From: Phoronis australis
Taxonomy: Eukaryota > Animalia > Phoronida
Length of the DNA: 64,000 nucleotides
Reading direction: 5' to 3'
Assembly: GCA_002633005.1 (NCBI GenBank)
Contig: NMRA01000011.1
Span: 377,395 to 441,394 of the forward strand
The notes under the pieces were generated by a model. It was not told the DNA's origin. It worked only from the letters and a program-made list of their open reading frames with translations, and made no database searches. Made by a program: the position numbers and the translations under genes. This document shows, piece by piece, positions 49,230-62,883 of this stretch. Within the stretch, counting starts at the first letter, position 1, and the number at the start of each line of letters is the position of its first letter.

Positions 49230-50100
49230 GATGCGACCACTTGTACCGTTCCACTAAAACGGTGCCTTACAAAGCAAACCAGTCACCTCCGTGCCTTTTC
49301 AGTGATGGGTTAAAAGCTTTAACGAAAACGGCCTCCCCGTCGCCNNNNNNNNNNNNNNNNNNNNNNNNNNNNNNNNNNNNNNNNNNNNNNNNNNNNNNNN
49401 NNNNNNNNNNNNNNNNNNNNNNNNNNNNNNNNNNNNNNNNNNNNNNNNNNNNNNNNNNNNNNNNNNNNNNNNNNNNNNNNNNNNNNNNNNNNNNNNNNTC
49501 ACCTGCTGATGCGGCCATTAGCGTCAATTTTGATAGATAAAATCAGGAATCAGCTAAAATACTCATACACCCTATGTCAAAGATTGGATACTATGGTTCT
49601 TAGTGGGTGCTCCTTCTGCAAAGTTGCAGTGTAATTCACTAAAAACGTAAGTCACGCTTTAGTGTCCATTCATAACAGACTTCGAAAGGGCGGGTTTTCA
49701 ATTTTTCCATCAAATCTTTGAGAGTTCCCGAGGTTACAGGGCATTATTTTGTTTTAGAGAATTGGATGGGAACGTCGTTTTCAATATCTGTTAATAGGTC
49801 AAAACCGGGTTTCGTATCCTTAGACCTCCTCAGTCGCGCAAAAGGGCCACGGTGACCCTCGTTAAATTTTGACCGTTGGCTTCGACGTTTGTCGAGGGAT
49901 GCTTTACACATGAGTTTCACTCTCACACTCAGCCGCGAAACACCAGGCGAGTAACATATAGGCGCGGATTTGGGGAGAGGGGCGCAAGGGACGACGTATT
50001 CTGAGACCACCAACAGCTAGTGAATATCCCTGACTCACAGGGCGAATGGGTATTGAAACCCCCGGCCGAAGAGTAAAACACACGTGATTTCACAAGCAAA
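49230..50100 (-). mobile_element. Decayed Penelope-like retroelement (RT and GIY-YIG remnants), interrupted by an N-gap; may extend to ~51290
   Basis: In order on the minus strand: SPCESGIF..GL.YVVP, RSKFNEGHRGPFARLRRSKD, DLLTD, TLKDL...Y...RF** (RFYG), KEHPLRTIVSNL..VYE..FL (PLRPIVS motif), the gap, then EAVFVKAFNPSLKRHGG (GIY-YIG C-terminus EAIYI...PSLNR.GG). Confidence 0.7.
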
Positions 50101-51294
50101 CACTGAGATGACCCGACGAAAAGGCCGCACGTCAACCGACAGTGACCACCGCTGGAGATCGACTGCAGCTAGCCTGGTGTATCCGGCGGCTCCTTGCCAG
50201 TAGCCAGATCCCACCCCTATGAATGGGGGCCACTCGTAACTGATACGTGTCCACAAGAATTTGAAAAGCCCTCGGATAGGCCCTAACTGATTTTATCTCC
50301 CCGTCCCTTATTGCGTAGAGTTTTTTGTCCCGACCACCTCCCATTGCTGGGTGCAGCTCAAAAATCAACCACCTGGATGCATCTCTGGCAATTTATTCCT
50401 TGTATCTGGGTATGAAATAAACCAATTCCAAGTACATGAATACATATTAAAGAACACAGGTAGAGATTGTTTAAAGTGACAACCATCATTGGCGGGAATG
50501 TGAAGTTTTGGAATCCCCTGGCATTACTGCGGGGCTGGCATAATAATTTGGGGGCATACTAGACCCCGTGCTCCCGCAAACGGAGCTGAAAAGAACCTCC
50601 TTCCCGCAATTTTTAGACAAGATGCGGCCATTTTATAACATTGGTGTATCCCACAATCCACCAGTGGGTATCTGGAAGAAGTTGTATAAAGACAACAATG
50701 CAGGAGGGAGTTCGCAGCGACTGTCAGCAATTTGCCGAACGTCGGCGCTCGACTGAGTTTTCCATGGGCTCGATCGCGTTACGGAACCCTTCCTCAGTGG
50801 CGACGCTCCCGCTGTACTGTAGTTTCATGGCCTCGATCCAAAGGCAGATTTAGAAAGGGGGAGGGCTCTCGATACTTAGGAAGCTGATGAGGTCCCTACC
50901 CCGACAACCTGACCCCGTCGCAGTCCTTAAAGTCGTAACAGTTGGCGTATTTTTTAGTTCTCACCTCTTTCACCTCAAGCCAACCCCGGATATTTATTTT
51001 ACCCGACGTTAGCGCGCGTCCCATTATCCGGAAGACCCCCATTCATGTGACGGGGGAACCCTGTACAACGGTAAGTAAGGCATTGTAAACCCGCCCCTAT
51101 TTCTACCTTTAACGTGTAGGCACATTGGAAATTTTTGGGACCAATTTTCATGCGCCACTGATGGGAGCAAGATTTTATCAGTCAGTGCAGTCCCGGGAAT
51201 TTGGAAGAAGAAGACAAAACTTGAGCACAGCCCAGGACCCTAATCGTTAATCCGACACTTGCTGGTGACTTTTAAACCAAAGAAACCACACCAC

Positions 51295-51551
51295 ATGCTC
51301 GTACCCGGGGGGGGGGCTCGGGGGGCTCAGCAAACGAGTCTCCCCCACATTTGGGGGAATGGGCTAAGGTCCGCCTCAGAGAAACAAACACTCCGAGAAA
51401 ACGAGGCAAAATTCCACTAAAAAGACGCAAACGTACAGTTTACAGTTTCGAAGGTAGTACCCCGTTTTTTTTTTTAGTCCTGTCGAATTGTCAGCAAAAG
51501 ATCCACATCGACAGAAATTCGAGCCCTCCATATTGAAGGCTGGGTGATGCA
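51295..51551 (-). mobile_element. Dispersed repeat family B, copy upstream of CaMKII
   Basis: The reverse complement aligns by eye with 33466-33725 and ends in a hAT-like CCCCCCGGGTACGAGC. Confidence 0.8.
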
Positions 51552-52326
51552 CCGTGACTATAATATTACGGAATGTTAGTCCTCTCTTGTTCTAACGCTG
51601 CTGCTGTAAACGAAACAGTTGAAAAAAAATTACCTTCACTCAACGGGCTGGCTGACACGTTTTCAACAGCCGCGACGGACGCCAATTTGAACATTTTTAT
51701 AAAAATTTAGTGTTATACGGGAAACCAATGGGTTGCCTCGATATACTGACCAGTATGTGTTATTGTCTTGTAATTTTATTTATAATTCAATTAATTGCGT
51801 AAAACATTCCATATCTAGAGATTTTTTTTTCAAAAATGCTTTAATGAATTTTATAGAGTCTTAACAGTTCAATTTTATTCGTCTGCTTCTCCAACGATCA
51901 CTTCATCACTCTGAGTCACATCTACATGTCACCTAATTACCAGGCTGCTGTGCAAAAGACAAGACAACAATGAATCTTTGTTATAATAACCGTTGTGGAC
52001 ATCTGACATAACAGAACGGCTATAAATTCATTGTGCAGAAAGACAAAGTTACTCCAGCCCGGCATATAGAAGATCATATTAGCCGCATTGGTCGTTACTT
52101 TCGCAGTGGTTTGTGGTCCGAGGTTGATGAAGCTGGTCAATGTGTCCTTGTTTTTAGCACCATCCTTTTGTTGCCATGTTGACGTAATCAAGAGGCAAAT
52201 CACGATCAGACTGAGAGATTGGTGACTGAGTCCGCGGTCCCTGTAATCATCGAACCAAGTCTAACGCCCTCTTCCATCGATAGTGAAAACACAAATGACC
52301 CCCATCGATTTACATTCGACCTTCCA

Positions 52327-52336
52327 CGCATGCGCA
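52327..52336 (+). promoter_or_regulatory. NRF1/Ewg/P3A2-type motif CGCATGCGCA in the CaMKII proximal promoter
   Basis: Motif about 75 nt upstream of the ATG; function is inferred. Confidence 0.4.
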
Positions 52337-52410
52337 GCTTCCAATGGAGTAGGTGATCGACAAATTGTTTCGGTTCTGTTGGTTCTTGTACAGTTACTGT
52401 TTATCGTAAA

Positions 52411-55400
52411 ATGGCGAAATTTGCCGACAAATATGATATAAAAGAAGAGCTAGGGAAGTAAGTACACTGTATTTCAACGTTTTGAAGTGAAAATTCTGTT
52501 ATAAAACCACGTCACATGTGTTTTAGGACGCTTAACAATCACCTCCTTCGATCTATTTGGGCTTCCGTGCCGTGCCTGGATTTATTTCCGGATACTTGTT
52601 TTTAGTTGACGAAACTTGACTGCATTGAGAGGAGTCTATTTCAGACACCACTTTTGTCATCCAGGGACAAGCTAGAGACCCAAACTTTATCAATTACTCT
52701 CGTCTTTAGATTTTTACCTGTCACTGACTTTATACATGTGTTGAAGTCGTGTCTAAACTTCCATTGAATCATTTGTCAAAGTTAAACATGTTTAATTATT
52801 TCAAATTGTGTGACTGCAATGAGTGAATGAGTGATGAGAAGGCAAAAGAGAGGCCTCACTTTCTAATAAATTGAGGGACTAGTTGCTCTTGTGGGTGTGA
52901 ACTAGTCAATCAATTGGCCTATTAATATCAGCTGAATGGTTTGCCTGGTTGCCACTGTATTGGGGTCTTTGATTGGATTCCCGGATCCGATAATCTTAGC
53001 TATTACTATGCACACTGTGAATGCTCATCGGCATCAATTTCAACCAAGGTCAATTTATCTGAAAAGCCCCATAAACACTCGAGCATGATTTGTGAGGTAT
53101 AATTACCAGCTGTTGATGCAATGCCTCGCAAACATTAGTGCAAGTGTGAATATTTACTTCTAACGATTAATCCCAAAAATGAAATATTACACATTTAGTA
53201 TCAGTTATGGTTGTATCTTTGAAGATAATCTCTTCAAGCAAATGTGGAATATCACACACATCTAATATCATTTGTGTTTGTAGCCTTGCATCTAATCCCT
53301 TAAGACCAAATATCTAATATCACTTTGTATTGATCAGACAATTCATCCGGAATATGGAATATCACACATCTAATATCTTTTGTGTACATATCTTTGCATC
53401 TGACCCCTTCACACGAACTGTAAAATACGATATCTGATATCACTTAATGTTAGATCTCTGCATCTGATGATTCCTTTCAAATGTAGAATATCACCTGATA
53501 TCACTTATGTACGAAACTTTTCGTCGAACCCTTTGAACCCGAATGTGGAATATACACCACACGTGTCTTGACATCACTTCTGTACTGATCTTTGCATCTT
53601 AACCCCTTCATCCCAAATGTGGAAGATCAAACATCTAATATTGGTGTTCAAACATATTTACATCTACAAGCAGTGTTTCCCTGCTTGTTAAAATCTGGGA
53701 GGCCTATTACGCTCCTCTTTGGCCACACAACTCGTAATTTTTACCGCCACGCAAAAATGCTTGCAAAAATGAATGTAGTGCATTAGTTATACTTGGCCAC
53801 TGGCGATATTTTTGGGTCGAATGGGAAGAACAATAGTTTAAAATGGGATTTTGATCTTTGCCTCCCTTTTCGAAGCCCAGGCAATGGGGGATCCCACTTC
53901 CCATATTCGCATGCGGCAGTGGGCTTTTGCACCCCTCTGGGACAGATTCAGCACCACAGTAATCCCGTGATCCCAAATATGGAGTATCCCACATCTAATT
54001 CTAATATCGTGTATTTACACATCTTGATACCTCCTGGTACAGTATCCCCTTCACCGTAAATGAACAATATCACTTACATCTAATGTCATATACCTTTAAG
54101 TACACGCCTTTACTTCTGTTACAGTAACCCATTAATCCCAAATGGGGAAGATTACACGTCTAATATCATTTACATGCACATCTTTATAGTGCTGTGCAAA
54201 TGCAGAATATATCTGCAGCTGATACCGTAATCCGGGTTCTTGTAGTTTGTGCATACATACATGTTGTGTGGGCTGCACATTTTCACTGGGGACTCTGTGC
54301 TGTGTTAATTCAACAGGCTTCTGTATTCCAGTGGGACCATTACATCGATTCTTCATCTTTGCTTTTCATTTTGAATACCACGGAATCATGCTATTACGGT
54401 CCCAGTCGCTACCTCAGACCAAAGACTATCAGCCTGTCACATGGTTGAAGCAAGTGAAACCTGAATCCAATACTAGTATAGATTTTTTAACCTGTTCTAG
54501 ATTTCATCTAAGAACTTGTTGATCAAATACAAACTGAGCAATGACCTGGGATTTTCTGGTTTAGATATTATCAGGTGGAATGCAATTATCCAGGGCCCTG
54601 AGGTCATACCTCAGATGCTAGCATACATGTTTTTTGAGTATTGTCATATTACTACAAAACAGTGCTTGATGCTTAGGTTAACACCAAGTCGCATTTGGCG
54701 ACGTGACAAAAATCTTAGGTCACAAAAGGAAATCTGAGGTCCCCAAAACTGAAAAGCCCAGATCACCAAACAAAGTCAGAAGTTTCTATTTCTCTGTGAA
54801 ATTCATCCAAGCAAAAAAAAAACAAAAAAGGTCATACGACTGTAACGTTCGCCATTTACAGTATCGTACTTGTACCTTTCCAAATTCTCTAGTAAGTGTG
54901 CATATCTTCATTCATTCTCTAACTCAGTTCTTCCGGCCATCGAATGAACATGGGAAGCAGATGATCAGATACATTGGTGGTGCGGCATATTTCATCGATC
55001 GTGCACTATGTTTTGTGGACAGTTCCGAGTTCCGTCTGTTTACTTTCTGTTGTCTTGAAATTTAAGCGCGTTGGATTGCTGTGATCAGTGTGGTGGAAAA
55101 TGCACTGCTTTCATGAAATAAACGGAACATTGGTGGGAATCACAGATAAGGAATCTAGGAAAACTGACATTAGTTTGGAAGTCAATATGAACTTTGAAAC
55201 GAATTTAGGGGGAATTATTGTGTGACTTTGATACATGTAGTGGCGACTTCATATTTTTCCCAGGTTGCCAAAAACAATCTGCGGTTGCACTGACAAAGTG
55301 TTTGCAAGGAGCTATGCCCTGTTCAGTTTTGTGCAGATTAAGTTGAAATGACAATACAAGTAATCTAGGAACAGTGTGGATATAAGTGGAACTGTGTCCT

Positions 55401-58400
55401 CTGTTGGAGGCTTTTATTCAACCACTGCCTCCTTTGTTTAGTTCACTGTGTGTTTGAGATAGTGACATACGGGCATAACTAATTGTAAATTGGTTGCTAT
55501 GGCAGGGCGCTGAACTCACTGTTCATTGCAGGGGTTGGCTCTCCGGCCTGATTCAATAGGGCCGCCCCAGATTACACAGTGACGCTTGAATCTTGCTGTA
55601 TTTACCCACAATGCCAAAAATATCTGTCAGGCACATTTTCTGCCTCGTTTTTGTGCCATTGGAGAATCGCATGTTATTTGTTATTGTCTTATTCGTTACA
55701 AATTTTTCTCAGTTGGATTACTCTATTCACCCTTCTAATGCCAACGAAGTAATACTGCTGTGCTTTGGGCTGCAACTCCTGTCGTGAAAAAGTTTGATAA
55801 ACCCATAGTTGCGTGATGAAATTCTTCGCCTTCCTGACGTCAATGAGAGACACGAAAAAGTGCCCAATTTCCAAAACTAGGTCACACGCTTACTTTTCTC
55901 CGGCACAAAGGAGAATTCTATCGCCGTGAAATGCGGGGCGGCCCTATTCCTCTGCCCGCTTCTCTTTCTCTTTCTGCTTCTTTCAAGTTGTCAAGACAGC
56001 GAAAAACTAAATCATAGTTTGTTCAAGGTTGGAGCTTGTCCATTCTAGAAACCAGATACGGTAACATTGGCCCACCCAAATTCTAGAATCTCTGGAAAGA
56101 TGGCAAAATTACCCACTGTTGTAGGTTGAAAACCCATTTTCTAAAATTTGTGAAATATTATGGAATGTCAAAATCATCTTTGTCCCAAATTCCTGAATGA
56201 AGTAAATTCAATTTTCGTTAGAGTTTCCCTGTCTCAAATTATAGAAACTGTCCACTTGGAGATTTTTTAATGTATTGTTTACAGCCTTAAAATATCCTAC
56301 CTTGTTGCAAAACCATCTATATTTTGCACTTTGTAATATTCTTATTAGTAAAACAGTAAGATTTCACAAAAGTGCAAGAAATGAGCTCTTGGCTTCAAAA
56401 TTTTCTTGAGGTAGACCTCCAAACCTTCCGGTGGTTGGGGTGACTTTCCATGCCATACCAGGGCACGTTATTACATTTCCGGCCTCTTTTTAATTTTGGG
56501 AAGTGAAGAACCTTTCCACAACAAACCTGCTCCATTTGTTTGCAAAAATTTTACTCCATTGGTACGTCTTTGTTGGACATCTGTCTCATTCTGTCTCATT
56601 ATCATCAGACCTCTTGCAATTTTCCATTGTGCAGCAGAAGGGGGACTATTATTACATCACTATCCTGCCCCTAGTGATATACATGGTGCTGCATGAAATC
56701 CTGGACACTACAAATTTTCTTAATCTTTATTTTTGTAGAGAAATTTGTCTACCATATTGTGTGCTAAATAAGTGAAGACGTGAGGAAGTCGTGAATGTGT
56801 GTCTTTAAATCCTGAGACTGTGTATGTTTTATTGCATTGTATCTCACTTTGTGATCCCAGTATGGTGGTTAACCTTTTTATTATCCATTTTAATGCATTT
56901 TCTTATACCAATTTGCTTGTCAGGTTACTAACATTTTCTTGTCAGGACCCTATGAGAGAACAGTTATGGTTAGTCTGTCCTGAATAATTATTTTTTATTG
57001 TACTACTCTCAACTGTAATACAATTTGAAACAAGTTACACAAAACAGGCCCAGTTATATTTTCGGGTATTTGGAACTGTGATTCAACTGTGCACCTGTTT
57101 GCTGTTCAGTTATAAGGTGTGACAAGTGAACTGTGGTCAAATTATATGTTAGCCTAGTATTTCTTGCATATTGTTTGTGGTGACCTTCGTCCATTAACAA
57201 ACTTTTGTTCAGGTCACTGATTTCCCAATCCTGTACGCTGAACGTAACTTGCTTGGATTTTCCAAATACGGCTGCAACTGTTCCTTTCTGTTGCTGTGTG
57301 GATGCATCATTATTCTTGCCGGCAGTTTGTCTATTCTGGCAGTAATGTGTTCCCATTTAATTAATATGTGTGGCAGTGTACACCTGGCCACTTGACATAA
57401 GGTAGCCATGAGCGTCCACTCATGAGATGTGAAGTAATCTAACAATCTGAAGTGTAGTTTTCACGATTGTCCGTCTGTACATCACACTGAAGTTGTTGCC
57501 GCATTGTCTCAAAAAAGATAATTGAATCCGGTGACCTTGACATCATTTTCAAGGTCACATGGAAAAATCAAGTTTAGCAGGGAAAATGTTGTCGGCGCGG
57601 TAACTCAAGAATAGAACGACAATGTTCATATTTTGTACCAAGGCTAATCAACAATTTTAAACCTTCAGTGCACTGAAGGCAGCCAGTCAGTGTGATTTTT
57701 TAAGCTGAACAAGATATTTAAGATGGACATTTCCAAGTTTTGTAGGACCTTGTCCACAAGTCCGTGTATTCATAGATTATAGACAACAGATTCGCAACTC
57801 CGACATTTTCTTGCGTACTATCCTAGAGGAGGTGCCACTCTCCTAAATCTGTTTCAGTTTCCGGTTAGTGTATTGTGACGACACAACGGCCGACTATGAT
57901 TTGCAGACGACGTACTTGCCGGAAATAATACCAGATAATTTGGCCAGGTGTCACTAGTGAATATGACATTGCTTCTGCAAGAGCACAGATTTCGTCCATT
58001 GAAAGTTTACAGAGTTGGCGGTCCATGTACTGTAGTCTATTGTGTTTTTAGCCACATATCAATAAAACTAGATTTTAGCTCAATGAAATATATATATTTT
58101 CTGAATTAGAAAGTCTGTTTGATATAAATGTTCAAGATGAAATCTCAGAAACCCTGTTATAGTTTTTAAATTATAATTTGTTTTTGTATCTTTTGAGTTT
58201 TTTCAGAAAATCACGAAAGTCCTGTCCCCTCATGCAAAAATAGAACAGTTTATTTCCAAACAGCATTTTGGAGAATAGTGCTTTAATCATAGAGTCTGAA
58301 CTAATGTACATGATGTTCAGCAGTTAGCCAACTGTGGACAATTTTCTAGGGTCCTAATAACCTGAATCATTTTCTGATAGACATGAAAAGAAATCGGGTT

Positions 58401-61400
58401 TATGAAACAAGGACTGAGTGAGTTAGGAATAATAAATCTGCAGTTCGCCAATCACCCTAATGCGAAGGAAACGCCGTTCTTATTATCGTTGTGGGTGCGG
58501 AACATGAGAGACGGAAATTTTCTACCTTGTGATAATGAATTTTTACTTTGCAGAGATATTACATGTATCTATCAATTGTTGATGGGCAGGTTGACAGCAC
58601 ACATGATTTTATGAATGAAAGTCTATGACATCACCCACTCAGCATGTGCCTTAGTCAATACAAGGTCATCCTATTCAATAGTCCTCTTGCAATCAATAAC
58701 TCTTCATCAAATTAGTCGCTCTTAATTGGTCACAAGCACCTTGCGCTGTGACTTCTGCACAGCAGTGTAGATCTACCAAAATTGTTCTCAAAATTATTTG
58801 TCTCGTGTAAGACTTGAGGAAGCAGAACAATTTCTGCATTCACATGAGTCTTGAAAATACTGGGAATTTTTAAGGGCTGAAAACCCAGTCTGCCTAGATA
58901 GACATGCAGTCCGAAGAGGGGTCTTTTTCACCTGTGGTTACTTCTATTGCTTTTATTAGTGTTGAACCCCTGCTTCAGTTTTCGCAGTAAACCTCATTAT
59001 CATAATGATAACTGGGGTGCTCTTTCCTCTCTACATGTGTGTCTTGAAGTATTTGACAACAAAACTGAAAACACCTGTAGTTGTACGATAACTCAAACCA
59101 CCGGCAAAGCCTGCCAGCAAAATTGAGGCATGCAACCTTTCACATTGCTGTCCGTTTTTTGCTTGCCTGAGTGTGTGAATGGAGTATGAGGTTTTGCTTG
59201 TAATCAAAAGGTACCAAAAGGGTGAATGCTGTCCGAACTATATCTAGTCGCTGGAGGTACATTTGTTAAGTGCATGTCAAGAAATACCAGTGATGTGTTG
59301 CTATTGTAGAGATCATTGCTAAAGCTTTGTACCTTCCATAGGCAATTTTAAGTTTATTAGCATTGCTCTCTTTAGTGGGAATGTTCATGATTGTCCCTTG
59401 TATCTTTGCTACATGTGATGCACATGGTGGGCGCATATCAGCACTCATTGCTGGCTGGGTATAGATTTTTTGAAGTTACAACCTTTCATCTGAGCACTAA
59501 ACCAACAAAATCCATGGTGCTTTATTAGAAATTTCTATTTCTCGCCATTTTGAGTCAGCCATTTGGTGAAACAAATGAATTTACTACTTTGAAGGTGTGT
59601 TTTGCTGCTTCTTAGCTGTCGTTGAATTTTTAGCCTATTCTGTTGGGAGCTTAAAAGCAAAAACATGCTCATCCAATCTTAAATTGTTGGGATTATGTCT
59701 GCAACTAAAATAACAAGTGCTGTGAACATGAACCATTTTCGATTTGCAATTTTAGGGTTCGCTAACCCCAATAAACTCTGAGGCATTTTCTTGCTACTCT
59801 GATGGTTTCGATCTTATTGTTGGTAATGGAGATCGAGTTCTATCCCAGAAACATTGTGATAGTGATGTTATGAGAGCAAAACTATAATTCAATTTTCTTA
59901 TATCATTCAGCTAAACAAGGCAAAATGTATCTTCTAACTTAAAATACTCTGCCATTTATTGAGTAGTGTTTTGCTCTGCCAGCAAAGTGTTGGACTGTGA
60001 CCGTCCAGTTAAGTGAGCTTGATTCCCTTTTGGGGCAGAGCTCCGAAAACCACATTTCTCACTAATAATGTGTAAGAATGTGTAATGCTAAGGTCACATT
60101 GTTGACACGTCATCTGTCACTCCATATTCTACTATTTTCTACAGGCAATACACCTTTCTGGTCACAGTGCTTGCATTATCTCACTGCCCAGTGCCCACAA
60201 TATACAAGAGCTATGCATACTCCAGTCAACGAACTTCCTGTAAACTGACCTTTGCCCTTGCAAGATCCTTCGTAGAATAGAGTGTTGGATTGTCTCCTTT
60301 ATATTTTTTCTTCAGTGCAATGAAGAAAGTACAGCTTCATGCCAAATTGCATTTGCAAGGTACCTAAATCACAGGGTTAACGGAGTGCTAAACACGGTGT
60401 CGGATGCGAAAACACGACTCGCGTACCTGTAAACACCGTTCAGACTCGCATACAGAGGATTGGACTTGCAAAACATGATTCGTTCACCCAAAATACATGG
60501 TCCCGAACTCACATTCTCAAAGAAACACAGCACACAGGTCACCAAACATGGTTTACTTATAAAAATGTAGAAATCTGCTTTTATAGCTGTGTATTGGGTG
60601 CGAGATTAATTTTGATCATATGTTTGTGTGTGTAATGTGATGAAATTGGTGTGAATTAGAAACAGTAAATTGTTTTATTTAAACTGCTTATTTGTGCTAC
60701 AATTTATTGGTGTCCAAAATCTTTTTGTAACATCAGTTCTCAATTTTGGCAGTGAGAGTTGTGACTTTCGTTATCTTCTGCTTTCTTCTCAGTATCATGT
60801 GGACCATTCAATCTCCGTAAAAAGACCCTCTGTTTCATTTCCCTTTCTGTGTAACAATAATCACTATTTCGCGCTACTTACTCGGGAAGCCGATGAGTCC
60901 GCGACCGTATAATCGGCCTGCTTTATCGGAGTGACCCCTGTTTGGCGGTCCGTGTACCATGTTTCTACATGAATGTGCGTCCGTGACCGTGTATTTTGGG
61001 TGAATGGATCATGATTTTAGTGTCCTGTCCTGTGTATGTGAGTCAGTGAACAGTGTTTGCAGGTACGTGAGTTGTGTTTTTTGCGGCTGACACTTTAGGT
61101 TGCGCTTTGTAAGTAGGAATGACTTATGTAGATGCATGACTATTTGTATTATGAATGACTAAATAAACTATCTATCTATCTATACCTATCTAATCAGTAT
61201 AATTGGTTTTCATTTTGCTGCTGAAAGCTCATGAGGTCATTCACCTTGTTAATTACTGGACCCGTAAAATAGAAGCAACAAAAGTCCCTAGCCTTCCCTA
61301 GAACATCTTGCACTAGTGCAACTTACCCCACTTTTAAATGGAGCGTCCACACTCACAAATATCTGATAACTAGGGTAAGTTGGAAGTTGTCGCTCTGTGC

Positions 61401-62883
61401 ATGACAATGAGCATCTAATGCCAATACAGCATGCAAGAGTGAACCCATCTGTGTGTAACTCACAGCTGATAATTACTTCCGCCCTACCCCACTTTTACAC
61501 CCTCACACCATTTACAAGTGACAAGTTACCCTAATGTAGAGTAAGTTGCTCTACTGTAGTTGAAATAGCATCCAGATTGCACTCAAACTTAGGGACAAAC
61601 TTGTTCTAGGGTAAGTCTGTATGTGCAGACGTCCTGTCACATGTGCCCCTGGTGAAAACTAGTTTTCTCCACTAAATAACAGGCATCAAACTGGTTCTCA
61701 CAGTCCAGGACCCTTGCCATGACTATTGCAGTCAAGTCCAGCATCGGTTTCACATTCATGAAACATGACAGCTACGTTGAATGGAATTAATAATCTGCCT
61801 TTCATGCCTGGCCATCCTAATAGAGCTTAGTGTACAAAACTAGCCAAGCACCACCCCATGTGTTGTGACTTCGTGGTGGTGACACCTTCCATTTTGGACA
61901 AGCTTACTGGTGATTTATTAGTAGCACATCCATTTTGTTCCAGGTAAAGCATTCGGTTTTGTTCATTTAAGTTGATCAAGTTTTAATGTTAATTGATGTT
62001 CCCATAGGTTGTGCTGTTTACAGGTGAAAAACGTTTGCCCCTAACAATCATCCAATTATCCCAACATTTATCTTCAACTGTTACTGTGGGCGTTCACCAC
62101 ACATGAGATACCATCTAGGTCAACTAATGAACCACTGGTCTACAGAACAGTCTTTTGTGTAGTCATGTGTATCAAAGTTGATCTAGCGAGCTGCCACCTG
62201 GGGGATGTTTTCAAAATAATACTACAGTGTTGACTAACAGGTCATGATTGTATTCGATTTTCAAGACGAAAGTTGCAAAACACCAGTTACGTATTTGAGA
62301 AGCATTCACATGAAATTGACACCAAACCAATACTAAATCATCGATCAACACACTGTCAGAAAGACACCTTCATATTCCAAATCTACAGATGGTGTACATA
62401 TTTTGATTTTGATCTTGAGAATGACATGGTGAAATTTAGCAAGTGTTTTCTTGTGAATGTGACAACAAATGACAGTGGCTGAACAGATCTGATCACTACT
62501 GTGTCCCCTAGTTGCAATTGTATTTTTTCCATTTTGCCTCTCTATCTTCTTGTTTTGTTGGTGGATTTTTTTGAAATCTTGCCAATTTAAGTAAGGTATC
62601 TATTAATGAGACACCAACACCTTCCCATTTTTGAATGGATACAACCTATTTAGCGCCACCTAGTGATCATTTTACTATTTTTGAGCCTGAAAAGAATTAC
62701 ACCATTTACAATGCTGTCTTGGGCACATTTCAGTGCTTTGCGTTGTCTATGTTACCATTTTAATGAGATTGTTAATTTTCTTTTTCAGAGGAGCATTTTC
62801 TATTGTCCGACGATGCGTCCAAAAAGACAGTGGTTTAGAGTTTGCAGCTAAAATTATTAACACACGGAAACTGTCTGCTCGAG
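52411..62883 (+). CDS. CaMKII: Calcium/calmodulin-dependent protein kinase II, first two coding exons (52411-52457, 62789-62883); gene continues beyond the window
   Basis: [16 protein letters not shown]|[31 protein letters not shown], a CaMKII-specific N-lobe. Phase-2 join AA|gtaagt...ttcag|A, and the 95-nt second exon ends G|gtaagg. Confidence 0.95.
53165..54200. repeat. Old degenerate minisatellite (~60-70-bp unit) in CaMKII intron 1, interrupted at ~53670-53960
   Basis: Recurring AAATRTGGAATATCACACATCTAATATCA...TTTGCATCT...CCCCTTCA. Confidence 0.75.
57455..57650 (+). mobile_element. Fragment of another Helentron-type interspersed repeat
   Basis: GTCCGTCTGT tract and GTGACCTTGA-catcattt-TCAAGGTCAC palindrome. 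Confidence 0.4.
60396..61093. mobile_element. MITE/foldback element with ~150-bp imperfect inverted arms (60396-60548, 60939-61093)
   Basis: For example, CATGATTCGTTCACCCAAAATACATGGTC is inverted by GACCGTGTATTTTGGGTGAATGGATCATG. Confidence 0.8.
62430..62752 (+). mobile_element. 3' fragment of the Helentron-type element, ending just before CaMKII exon 2
   Basis: GTGAAATTTAGCAAGTGT, GTGTCCCCTAGTTG, GCGCCACCTAGTG and the 3' end TGGGCACATTTC..GCGTTG, as in 42050-44362. Confidence 0.65.

Noticed and set aside
50513-50640. Viral-type phospholipase A2 motif (WHYCGAG...PANG)
   Set aside because: No catalytic HD motif follows and the frame closes; likely chance.
50884-50930. Hammerhead starting at CTGATGAGGTCC
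   Set aside because: No GAAA or stem II closure downstream.
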